A stretch of DNA of 64,000 nucleotides from an uncultured archaeon (GCA_963799775.1 CAWCYD010000003.1:1984001-2048000); one strand, 5' to 3'; shown: positions 1 through 8,458, numbered from the stretch's first letter. A program made the numbers and translations. The notes: generated by a model from the letters alone, not told the origin.

Positions 1-150
1 ACGGTCCTTGCCAAGTGCTCGGTGGTGGGGGCGGTCGCGCCTTTCGGCGCCCAATCACTTGAGGTCTACCTGCAGGCTTGCGACCTGATTAGCACCCAGT
101 CCCAGACGAGCACCTCGACCAGCGTAAGCGTGCCCGCGAACAGCGTCTAA
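1..150 (+). CDS. 3' end of hypothetical protein (partial)
   Basis: Frame 1 open from window start to TAA at 148-150 (TVLAKCSVVG...STSVSVPANSV), convergent with the next gene. Confidence 0.55.
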   Translation, partial: TVLAKCSVVGAVAPFGAQSLEVYLQACDLISTQSQTSTSTSVSVPANSV

Positions 151-791
151 GGCTGCTTCGCGCCGCAGTGGTAGCAGAACGTGGCCGTCGGCGAGATCTT
201 GGTCCCGCAGCTCGTGCAGAACTTGGTCGGGCTGCCCGGCGTCGGCGGGGGGTTCGCGTCCATCGATGCCTGGCTGGGCGAAGAGCCCACCTTCATCGGT
301 TGGAGCTCGTCTGGGATGGAGAAGAACGCGATGGCCTGGACTATCTCAGCCACGAAGAGGAGGATGAAGCCCAGCAGCACGATGGTCAGCACCGAGCCGA
401 TCAGGTAGAGGGTAGCGGCCGTCTTGAACGTCCCGACGCCGAGCTTGTCGCCTATCTTGTCGTAGGCCCTCTTGAGGAAGACGGCTGAGACGATGAGCGC
501 TATCCAAGCGATGAAGAGGCCTATCCCAAGGCCAGCCAGCCCGGCCACGCCGAAGGTGAACCTCGACCCGATGACCCCGATGAAGATGACTGCCGCCCCC
601 GAGAGGGCGCCCACTATCCCCGTTACCGCGGCTAGGACGACGTCGTTGAAGATCGTCCTGTCCCCGGCGTAGTCCGCGACGTCCTTGATCGCGACGATGA
701 GCAGCACGTAGCCGATGAGGCTGACGAAGGGGATGAAGATGAGGATGGACCCGATGCCGCCGAGCATCTTGGCTTGCGAGAGTGTAGCCAT
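147..791 (-). CDS. DUF996-like membrane protein with C-terminal zinc ribbon
   Basis: AKMLGGIGSIL N-terminus, several TM helices, C-terminal FCTSCG...FCYHCG; TATA-like TTATAT about 35 nt upstream. Confidence 0.8.
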   Translation of the reverse strand: MATLSQAKMLGGIGSILIFIPFVSLIGYVLLIVAIKDVADYAGDRTIFNDVVLAAVTGIVGALSGAAVIFIGVIGSRFTFGVAGLAGLGIGLFIAWIALIVSAVFLKRAYDKIGDKLGVGTFKTAATLYLIGSVLTIVLLGFILLFVAEIVQAIAFFSIPDELQPMKVGSSPSQASMDANPPPTPGSPTKFCTSCGTKISPTATFCYHCGAKQP

Positions 792-853
792 CTCTCAGAG
801 CAGCATCAACTATCCTTCCTTCGCATATAAGCGCTAGGCAGCGTGGCTGGAAC

Positions 854-1009
854 TCAAGCGAAGCCGTGGGCAGCCTGCCAGCAGCAGCACTCGGCAGCGA
901 AGGAGTTCGAGGCCTGCGAGCAGCCCCTGCAGTCCCTCGCGGTCTCAGCTGCGAGGCATATCGCAGGGGTGCAGTTGCACTCGGCGCAGCGGATCGGGAC
1001 CCTTGCCAT
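854..1009 (-). CDS. 51-aa cysteine-rich miniprotein (putative metal-binding)
   Basis: Manual translation MARVPIRCAECNCTPAICLAAETARDCRGCSQASNSFAAECCCWQAAHGFA (9 Cys); TTTATA box at 1034-1039, 25 nt upstream of the ATG; below the ORF-track size cutoff. Confidence 0.7.
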   Translation of the reverse strand: MARVPIRCAECNCTPAICLAAETARDCRGCSQASNSFAAECCCWQAAHGFA

Positions 1010-1138
1010 CGACCTTCGACGCTCTCCCGCTCGTATAAACCTCAGTCAGAGGTCATGGGCGACTATAGGCCGGCTGCGCCTCCGAGTGTCGGAGGTGTCG
1101 TCCACATCCATTGGGGAGTTGAGCGAAGGGGTGTGCTC

Positions 1139-1198
1139 TCCAGTCTTCGTTCGGTCAAGCGTAAGATGCGTTCGGTACCAAACGACACTCGACAGAAC
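1139..1198 (+). repeat. Degenerate direct repeat, copy A (left island boundary)
   Basis: 50/61 aligned positions identical to 8343-8403; first 31 nt match 4119-4149 at 29/31; contains imperfect palindrome CGTTCGGTACCAAACG. Confidence 0.8.
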
Positions 1199-1215
1199 CT
1201 TTGGGACCGAGAACA

Positions 1216-1644
1216 TCAAGCCGTGAAGGACAAGGTCGTAGTCAAAGAGATTGCTACACCGCTTGCCTCGGTGACGAAGATGTTTCCTGAGTATGATGCT
1301 CCGGGCACTAGGCCGAATATTACCGCGTAAGAAGTTCCATTAGCGCCTGCACCAAGCGGCAGGGTTGCTGTCGAGATTTCGACCGTTTGTCCGATGGAGT
1401 TGTGAACGACGACAAAAACTATCCCCGTCACATTGGTTGAGAATTCATTCGTAAACGTTGCTTCTATGCTGTCAAAAGCACCGAAGGGTGTGTAAGAAGG
1501 AGGGTTCACGATGATCCAGCACTGCGCGCAGACCCCGGAATAGCTGTAACGACCTATAGTAATCGCATTCGCAGGAAAGGAACCAACTGTGATGAGCAAC
1601 AATAAGGTGAAGGAAAAGCAAAGTGTTGGATTGGTTGACAACAT
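1216..1644 (-). CDS. Secreted/membrane-anchored beta-rich hypothetical protein
   Basis: Hydrophobic N-terminus, Ser/Thr-rich beta-strand pattern, N-x-S/T sites. Confidence 0.65.
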   Translation of the reverse strand: MLSTNPTLCFSFTLLLLITVGSFPANAITIGRYSYSGVCAQCWIIVNPPSYTPFGAFDSIEATFTNEFSTNVTGIVFVVVHNSIGQTVEISTATLPLGAGANGTSYAVIFGLVPGASYSGNIFVTEASGVAISLTTTLSFTA

Positions 1645-1764
1645 TTCAAAAATGTGTTTTAGGATATTTAAGCGGTGTGAAACTATAGCATCGGGTACTC
1701 AATCGTTAGATCAACTAGACTAATTCGTTGGACTTCGAAATAAAAAGAGGTGAGACCTTACAAC

Positions 1765-2553
1765 CTAGGTTGTAAGGTCGTAGGTTATTTCGTTCGAGTA
1801 CTCGGTTATTCCAGAGTAGGACAGGTTGGATTGTTCGGCAGTATTGATGTTGGTCCCACCGTAATAGGGTCCGCTGCAAGTAATACTGCTCGATGTGCTG
1901 TATTGGTAGGTGTATGACGAATCGTGCAGGAAAAGCAGAACGCTGAACAACGTTGTTGCGCTTGGAGTGAAGCCAGTATGTGGTGTCCCGGTATTGATTC
2001 CGTAAACACCCGAGTATGCGCCAGCGTATCCCGCAATATTGTACGAGGAAGGAGAATACGAGAGTGATGTGTCTGCAAAGAGGACGTTGTAGTTGTTGTC
2101 GAGAAGTTCACCGCCTCCTTCGACTGCTGTTCCAGAATAAGAAAGCGTTAGTTCCCATGAGTATCCGACTCCGAGAGTGGTGGTATATCTGGACGAGAAT
2201 GCCTGATGATAGGTTCCTCCAACAAGGACGGATAGCTGGAGCAGAGTAGTGGTCGATGTACCGGAGCTGTTTTCCTCCGCTACCATTTGCGCCCAATAGC
2301 TGTTGCCTTGGGTGTCAAAGACATCGCCGTTTAGTTGGATGCTGTAGCTTGAGCTATTGGTAGAGAACGAGTGATCTATGGTGGTTTGTGAAGCCGGTGT
2401 TATACCGGCTGAACAGTCGTTACCAGTTGCATAGTAGTTGGTTCCAGAAGTGCTGCCTCCTATGTTGGCGAATAGCGCTGTGAGAGGAGTTGCAAGGATG
2501 ATTGCCAGTCCTGTCAGAACGAACAGAGTTTGCTGTTTGCGTGTGAAGTTCAT
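1765..2553 (-). CDS. Secreted thermopsin-like (peptidase A5-like) protein
   Basis: Signal peptide; SIQLN...YWAQ and C-terminal TAE motifs resembling thermopsin SLQLN/YWxQ/TGE. Confidence 0.55.
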   Translation of the reverse strand: MNFTRKQQTLFVLTGLAIILATPLTALFANIGGSTSGTNYYATGNDCSAGITPASQTTIDHSFSTNSSSYSIQLNGDVFDTQGNSYWAQMVAEENSSGTSTTTLLQLSVLVGGTYHQAFSSRYTTTLGVGYSWELTLSYSGTAVEGGGELLDNNYNVLFADTSLSYSPSSYNIAGYAGAYSGVYGINTGTPHTGFTPSATTLFSVLLFLHDSSYTYQYSTSSSITCSGPYYGGTNINTAEQSNLSYSGITEYSNEITYDLTT

Positions 2554-2656
2554 TTTCGATTGGAGGACTAAGAATCAATACTTGCCGCCAATCTCACCCA
2601 GAACCGTGCTGCAGAGCTAACGTGTGCACGAGGGCACTTGGGTTAGCTTCTCTGCC

Positions 2657-3202
2657 CTAGACCTTGCTATGGTCTCTCGACCTTCTGTTGTTATCATTCG
2701 TCCAGTCGGTCGAAGACGCCTGAATGGGAATTCCCTCGGAAGACGGGATCCTGATTAGGCAAATAGGCAACGAATACTCATGCCTGATCAATTCTGCTAG
2801 CTTCTCTACAGTTAGGGGACTGACCACGAAGTACGCTATATTGAGAGTCGGAAACATAATTTCGAACTCTTCTTTCCTTATCTCGAAAGGAGTTGCAAAG
2901 GCGATTCTGAAATCGTGTTGAAACGCAGTCAAGTGTTTGTACACTTCGAACATGCTCATCTTCCGAGGACAAACATCAACAATCACGAAATCGTGAAGTT
3001 CCAGACCCAAGGTGGTGAAGGCCTCTTCCAGTGTTGTGGAGAGGTCTACTTCGAACTTGTGTACTCTCAGATTTGCCTTGGCAAAGTGAGGTAGTTGTGC
3101 GTGGTCGGAAATCAGTAATATTCGGCCTTTTGGCGCGCCCTTCGGCACGTTGCGTGGCTTCCCCACCCAACGTGCAAACGGTCCGGAAGATAGCCCTAGC
3201 AT
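2657..3202 (-). CDS. Atypical single-domain response regulator receiver
   Basis: RILLISD...DFVIVD...FATPFEI...EFEIMFP...FVVSPLT follows the archaeal REC pattern, with the acidic pair reduced and Lys lost. Confidence 0.7.
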   Translation of the reverse strand: MLGLSSGPFARWVGKPRNVPKGAPKGRILLISDHAQLPHFAKANLRVHKFEVDLSTTLEEAFTTLGLELHDFVIVDVCPRKMSMFEVYKHLTAFQHDFRIAFATPFEIRKEEFEIMFPTLNIAYFVVSPLTVEKLAELIRHEYSLPICLIRIPSSEGIPIQASSTDWTNDNNRRSRDHSKV

Positions 3203-3326
3203 TGGACTTTCTAAGAGTGTTCTGGCATTTCTACCCTAGTTCACCCATGCAACCTAGGTTACCTGTTAACGTGGGATATTGGAGCAAATCCTCACTATTG
3301 ATGCTATGCATCAGGAGACTTTGAAT

Positions 3327-3587
3327 CTAGGAGTCAACCCTCAAGCGTGACGCTTGGAGGTCAGGGTTTTGGAGGGCCTTCTCCAATGGCATCAGAAGGA
3401 TCCCCTGGTCCGTCTCTATGAAGACAAACACTTTCTTCTCAAGCTCCCTGGCCGACCATTTTTGGAGGCCGTAGACTCGGGCAATCTGTCTTGGCAGGGT
3501 GATTCGGAGAGACCCACCCTGTGAATATGGCGAGGCAGCGCCAAGAATCCATTCGACTTTGATCTTCAGTTCCTTCTTTTCGCTCAT
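3327..3587 (-). CDS. AbrB/SpoVT-like swapped-hairpin DNA-binding protein, copy 1
   Basis: QGGSLRITLPRQIAR motif; nearly identical protein at 7544-7813. Confidence 0.8.
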   Translation of the reverse strand: MSEKKELKIKVEWILGAASPYSQGGSLRITLPRQIARVYGLQKWSARELEKKVFVFIETDQGILLMPLEKALQNPDLQASRLRVDS

Positions 3588-3841
3588 CTAGGAATCTTGC
3601 TCCTTGAAAACCTCTCGGCAGTCTGTTGATTATGGTTTGGGCTGTGTCTCAGTTTCCATCTTTCGCCTTGTAATCCTTCTATGTGATCTTGAGAGAGCAA
3701 ATGTCGCAAATGAGCCCTGATAGTCCGCCTTGAATAGGCGGTGAGCAATACGAGATCTTGGACCGATGCAGGTTCATTCTTCTTCAGGAGGGCGAGGTAA
3801 ATCCTCCCACACGCATAACACTTGGACGATGAGTCTTCCAT
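3584..3841 (-). CDS. Small winged-helix regulator with N-terminal CxxC, copy 1
   Basis: CYACGRIY...ASVQDLVLLTAYSRRTIRAHLRHL; overlaps abrB start; paralog at 7810-8067. Confidence 0.75.
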   Translation of the reverse strand: MEDSSSKCYACGRIYLALLKKNEPASVQDLVLLTAYSRRTIRAHLRHLLSQDHIEGLQGERWKLRHSPNHNQQTAERFSRSKIPR

Positions 3842-4118
3842 GTTGGGATTCCTAGCGATGAACCTTTCGATATACCCAAAGAAATACCAGAGTCCTAGTC
3901 CCTATCGTGAAAGTATTGTCAAAGGCCTCGGGGTCTATTGATGGCTTTTGCATTAAACCTAGATGGGAAATCCACATTTAACGACCGATTGTCAAACACA
4001 TGGCTTGGAACCTCGGGAATCAGTGCTAATTCTCCTGGTGTCTAGCTTTGTCTGCCTGTGGTTCTATGTGTAATGAAGCAAAAAGCCGTAGAGTCAACAG
4101 AGCCTTTGCATGGTGATG

Positions 4119-4149
4119 TCCAGTCTTCGTTTGGTCTAGCGTAAGATGC
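4119..4149 (+). repeat. Degenerate direct repeat, copy B (truncated)
   Basis: TCCAGTCTTCGTTTGGTCTAGCGTAAGATGC, 29/31 identical to copy A. Confidence 0.8.
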
Positions 4150-4223
4150 TCCATAGAAGCTGTTGCACCATAGCAACTCATTCAAGAGAAGAAGATTTTG
4201 GTAAAAAAGATCGCGAGGGGCAG

Positions 4224-4703
4224 CTACGCATATGGGGCACGTGCTCTACAGACATCGACAAGTTTCCTTATCGTCAGCGGTCTCACGATGAAGAAGCGTA
4301 CGTTGATACCTGGAAACATTGTCAAGAACTCGCTCTTCTTTATCTCAAAAGGGGAGATAATACCCAGCACAGCTTCCCCACAGCCGCTCATTCTTCTGCA
4401 CAATTCGAACACGCTTACTTTTGCGGAGAAAGTATCAAGAACTACCAGTTCTTGATGATTCGAGTTGATGCTGGCAGCAGCACCCTCGAGCGATGAGGTC
4501 GCATCCGCCTCAACGCCGAGCCGCTTAAGATTCGCCGTTAAGGCACAAAGCCCTTCATTGTCGGCTGTTACGAGCAATACTCGGCTCGGCAAATTATACC
4601 TTATGCTCGGGTGCGACCTCGAGCCCTTTCGCAGAATTCGGGAAGACGATTCTGGCAAGAACTTCACTAATACTGTTCTATCGACGTATTTGCCCTGGCT
4701 CAT
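4224..4703 (-). CDS. Atypical receiver domain protein (paralog of 2657-3202)
   Basis: RVLLVTAD...ELVVLD...IISPFEIKKSEFLTMFP...FFIVRPLT. Confidence 0.7.
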   Translation of the reverse strand: MSQGKYVDRTVLVKFLPESSSRILRKGSRSHPSIRYNLPSRVLLVTADNEGLCALTANLKRLGVEADATSSLEGAAASINSNHQELVVLDTFSAKVSVFELCRRMSGCGEAVLGIISPFEIKKSEFLTMFPGINVRFFIVRPLTIRKLVDVCRARAPYA

Positions 4704-4787
4704 TTAGATACCTACGCCCTTGTTAACAGGATTCACACGCTAACTTCTAAGTGGGACGCTTCGGAATTTGCCTGCGCGCACGAGTAT

Positions 4788-5053
4788 CTACCACGATTCG
4801 TTTTGCTCTATCTTGAGTCGAGAAGCTTGCAGATTTGGACTCTGGAGAACTTGTTCCAACGGCATGAGCACGGGCCTCCGCATCGGTCTCATTGAATACA
4901 AAGACCTCTTTTCAAGGTCTCTGTCAGACCAATTCTTGTAGTCCATAAACACGGGTAATCTGTCCGGGAAGAGTTATCCTGAGAGATTCAACTTGGCGGC
5001 CCAGCCCCAAGAAATCGACTCGACGGTTATGTGCAGTTAGTTTTACCGCTCAT
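4788..5053 (-). pseudogene. Decayed third copy of the abrB-like gene
   Basis: Minus strand reads ATGAGCGGT..., SLRITLPGQITRVYGLQ and VLMPLEQVLQSPNLQASRL across several indels. Confidence 0.8.
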
Positions 5054-5397
5054 GCTAGATTTTGACCTTTTGTGGTATTCCTGAGCGACTCCACTAGGTG
5101 ACCTGTCTGGGAACGGCATACAGTTTGCGACTGGTATCTTAGCCATCTGTTGGTTCGCGCCAATCAATCTGGGAGTGTACGACCAAGGCCGCCATGGGGA
5201 GCTTAGGCTCAATACCCTCTGTTAATCAGGGGCGTCTCCCAGATCAACACGGAGTTCCATATCCTCGCGTAGCTGCTTCACCTTCTAGATCAAGCCGTTA
5301 ACCCGGAGGCGAGTTCCATCGGTTAACAGGTACCGAGACAGCTGCGTCCCCGCGTTAGACAGGCGCCATCACTCCTAAACTTCACATCAAATCGAAA

Positions 5398-6201
5398 ATG
5401 AATCACCGACTCGAAAATCGACAATTCCTTCCAATCTCAGCAGCAATCCTCGCCCTGTTGGTAATGTTGCCAGTCGCTGCGAAAGGCGATGTAGGCAACA
5501 GCAACACCTACTACACCATGTATCATAGCGGTTCTTCCCTGGGCGAAGTCTCAGGTTCCGCTCAAATCAACAATTGGGGTGGCACTTGTACCGTATACAC
5601 TGACGATACAAAGACTACCCAGGTCAGTGGCTGTTCGTTCAGCATCCAACAGAACGTCGGGATGTATGACAGCGCATCAGACTTCATATGGACGCAAGCC
5701 GTGTGGTATGTCTGCACGACCTGCACCAACGCATACTTCCAACCTAACTTCGAAGTGTACCAGTCCTCCTCGTGCGGATCCACAACTCCATGCACGAATG
5801 TCGTCGGTACCGCCTACGACTTCACCAGTCCCTTGACCGACTACTCCTTCTGGTCAGATGTCTACACCAGCGGCAGCGAAATCATAGCCAACTTCACAGC
5901 CACATACACGCCCACAGACACAACGGTGTTGTCATGGAACCACGCCTACAGCAGCTCTTTCTCCGGCCTATACACAACAAATACTTACATTGTTGCAGTG
6001 GGTATCGGAGGAGGACAGTACACTGAGTTTGCCAGTGGCACGGATTTCAGCATGAACAACTATGTGTCAACAACATGGTCCGAATGCGTCTTCTCGACAT
6101 GCACTCCTTGGTACAACACACTCACGGGCGAAGGATCCGATCTGAGCTACAGCGGCGTGGCATCAGGTACCTACAACCTCTCTTACGCCCTCGACTACTA
6201 G
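5398..6201 (+). CDS. Secreted thermopsin-like protein (divergent paralog of 1765-2553)
   Basis: Signal peptide; FSIQQN...IWTQ, VGIGGG, LTGEGSDLSYSG; shares AATCGAAAATGAA start context with 1765-2553. Confidence 0.6.
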   Translation: MNHRLENRQFLPISAAILALLVMLPVAAKGDVGNSNTYYTMYHSGSSLGEVSGSAQINNWGGTCTVYTDDTKTTQVSGCSFSIQQNVGMYDSASDFIWTQAVWYVCTTCTNAYFQPNFEVYQSSSCGSTTPCTNVVGTAYDFTSPLTDYSFWSDVYTSGSEIIANFTATYTPTDTTVLSWNHAYSSSFSGLYTTNTYIVAVGIGGGQYTEFASGTDFSMNNYVSTTWSECVFSTCTPWYNTLTGEGSDLSYSGVASGTYNLSYALDY

Positions 6202-6228
6202 CAACAAGACGCAAATCAGCGAAAGATG

Positions 6229-6272
6229 GTACTCGAGTTCTTTCGGGAGCCGAGTACCTTCCAAATTTTTTT
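6229..6272 (+). terminator. Hairpin plus T-tract terminator
   Basis: GGTACTCG...CGAGTACC stem followed by TTTTTTT just after the 5398-6201 stop. Confidence 0.5.
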
Positions 6273-6439
6273 CGGAAAAATCTCCTGCAAAGCAGCCGAC
6301 CACTGGCAAGCGATAACCAGATGCGAGCGCAATACCCTAGCAGATGAGAAAATGACTAGGATTGTCAAAACTGCAGTTGCCCGAAAGACTTGTTTCTAGG
6401 CGCTGGACCTGATTGGGTACCGAAAGCTTTGTCTTGGGT

Positions 6440-7279
6440 TTACTGCAATCCTTCCCAGTTCGGGAATGCCACGTCAACATAATTCATGCTTGTCGATATT
6501 TGGAAGGACGTCAAGAGGAATGGTGATGCGGGACAGCTCGGCAGGATTCCTTCCGAACCTGCAAAGTCAGACGCATTTACTTGCCCTGTCTGATAACCTA
6601 CGGCCAAGGGGAACGAGAGGCATCCCGCAAGCCTAGGGAACGACTCATCATAGAATCCCGTGGCGTTTGTGTGCGCCGTGAGGAGATAATCAACAGTGAA
6701 AGTGGAGTTTACTGAGAGTTCAGTCAGGTTCTCACTTTGGGGAAAAGCGAAGATCGAGAATGAGGGAGTGTAATCCTTTAGGTGTTGGACGCTCATGGCG
6801 CCACCCGCAGACCTCGTGAAGTTATCTTTCCAAATTCGAATCTGGTTTCCCACCTCGCCGTTTTGGTAAAAGGTATCACCAAGCTGCGAACTTGGAAGGA
6901 CTTCTAGGTAGGTCAGTCGTATGCAAACGTTCGAGTTCAGATTAGGTACCACCAATACTGGTATCGTGATGTTCGTCGTGTTCTCGCTTACCTCTGCTCC
7001 GATTGGCGCATTCTGAAAATTTCCACACTCGGAAGGGAAGCTTGTCTCAGTCTTGGTAATAGTGCTGAAGAGCTGTTGGACACTTGTAACGGTCGAAGTA
7101 TTAACAACACTCGGGGCATGTGATGTTGTCGTCACGAATACCGAATATGTAGCGGTGGTCGTGATGAAACGCGTAGATGTTGACGTTGTGACGCCAAGAA
7201 GGCTGTCGTATCCGGCTATGGAACCAAACACTACTGTAAGAACGACAAAGACCAAGGATATCATCCTGAAGTTCGGCAA
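6440..7279 (-). CDS. Membrane-anchored/secreted hypothetical protein with Thr-rich linker
   Basis: N-terminal TM, Thr/Ser linker, four Cys. Confidence 0.7.
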   Translation of the reverse strand: MPNFRMISLVFVVLTVVFGSIAGYDSLLGVTTSTSTRFITTTATYSVFVTTTSHAPSVVNTSTVTSVQQLFSTITKTETSFPSECGNFQNAPIGAEVSENTTNITIPVLVVPNLNSNVCIRLTYLEVLPSSQLGDTFYQNGEVGNQIRIWKDNFTRSAGGAMSVQHLKDYTPSFSIFAFPQSENLTELSVNSTFTVDYLLTAHTNATGFYDESFPRLAGCLSFPLAVGYQTGQVNASDFAGSEGILPSCPASPFLLTSFQISTSMNYVDVAFPNWEGLQ

Positions 7280-7543
7280 TTGCGCTCTGGCGAAAGGGTC
7301 GAAGCCCCCAAAAAAATCTTCTGGTATTTATTTTCTGAGACTTGCGTCTGGTTGTATTGCTGTTCCTTTTGAAATAGGGAAGAGCCACTCTAACCCTAAG
7401 ATTGCCCACGTATTCTGTCGAGTTAGGCAGAATCTAATTGACGCAGTAGCCAACAAGTCATGGCCGAATCGCAACATGGACATGAAGCTCTAGGCCTACT
7501 AACTCCAACTTCTCTCCACATATCCGCAGGGGGATTCAGTCAA

Positions 7544-7813
7544 CTAGGCTGAATCCGAGTCGATTCTGAATCGTGATGCTCCGAGGTCGGGATTTTGGAG
7601 GGCCTTCTCGAGTGGCATCAGAAGGATTCCTTGGTCCGTCTCTATGAAGACAAACACTTTCTTCTCAAGTTCCCTAGCCGACCATTTTTGGAGGCCGTAG
7701 ACTCGGGCAATCTGTCTTGGCAGAGTAATTCGGAGAGACCCGCCCTGTGAGTATGGCGAAGCAGCGCCGAGAATCCACTCGACTTTTATCTTCAGCTCCT
7801 TCTTTTCGCTCAT
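7544..7813 (-). CDS. AbrB/SpoVT-like DNA-binding protein, copy 2
   Basis: Protein identical to copy 1 except at the C-terminus, with many synonymous DNA changes. Confidence 0.8.
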   Translation of the reverse strand: MSEKKELKIKVEWILGAASPYSQGGSLRITLPRQIARVYGLQKWSARELEKKVFVFIETDQGILLMPLEKALQNPDLGASRFRIDSDSA

Positions 7814-8067
7814 GTCTGAACGTTGCTCCTTGAAAATCTCTCAACATTCTGTTGATTATGGTCTAGGCCGTACTTCAATTTCCATCTTTCGCCACGCAAT
7901 CCTTCTACGTGATCTCCCAAGAGCAGATGTCGCAGATGAACCCTGATAGTTCGCCTTGAATAGGCGGTTAGCAAAACGAGATCTGGAATCGATGCAGGTT
8001 CGTTCTTCTTTAGAAGGGAGAGGTAAATCCTCCCGCATGCATAGCACTTGGACGATGCGTTTTCCAT
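7810..8067 (-). CDS. Small winged-helix regulator with CxxC, copy 2
   Basis: Close paralog of 3584-3841. Confidence 0.75.
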   Translation of the reverse strand: MENASSKCYACGRIYLSLLKKNEPASIPDLVLLTAYSRRTIRVHLRHLLLGDHVEGLRGERWKLKYGLDHNQQNVERFSRSNVQT

Positions 8068-8458
8068 GTTATGATTCCTGGCGATGAACCTATCGATATA
8101 CCCAAAGCAATACTAGAGTCCTAGTCCCTATCGTGAAAGTATTGTCAAAATACCGTGGTTGTCTTGATGGTTTTTCATTAGACCTAGATTGGCAATCCAG
8201 ATTTAACAGCCAATTGTCAAACACATGATTGGAAACCTCGGGAATTAGTGCTAGTTCTCCTGATGTCTAGTCTTGTCTCCCTAGTTCTATTTGTAATGAA
8301 GCAAAAAGGCTTCAAAGTCGATAGAGCCTTTCCGTGGTACTGTCCAGGGTTCGTTCGTTCTGGCGTAAGATTGGTTCGGCATCAAACGACACCTCGGCAG
8401 AACAATCAAAGGAATACCATTATCTGAGGCATCCTCTCGAGACGGAAGCAAGCTCTCC

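Larger units (their letters stand above)
3327..4149. repeat. Duplicated module copy 1 (abrB + wHTH + ~300 bp non-coding + repeat B)
   Basis: Colinear DNA similarity with 7544-8403, including the non-coding part. Confidence 0.9.
7544..8403. repeat. Duplicated module copy 2, ending in direct repeat copy C (8343-8403)
   Basis: Colinear with 3327-4149; terminal 61 nt match 1139-1198. Confidence 0.9.

Noticed and set aside
843-1330. Plus-strand ORFs 843-1226 and 866-1330
   Set aside because: No protein-like features; they overlap the better-supported Cys-rich minus-strand ORF and the boundary repeat
1139-8403. Provirus or classical integrative element
   Set aside because: No integrase, capsid, packaging ATPase, replication gene or tRNA target; repeats are degenerate rather than perfect att sites
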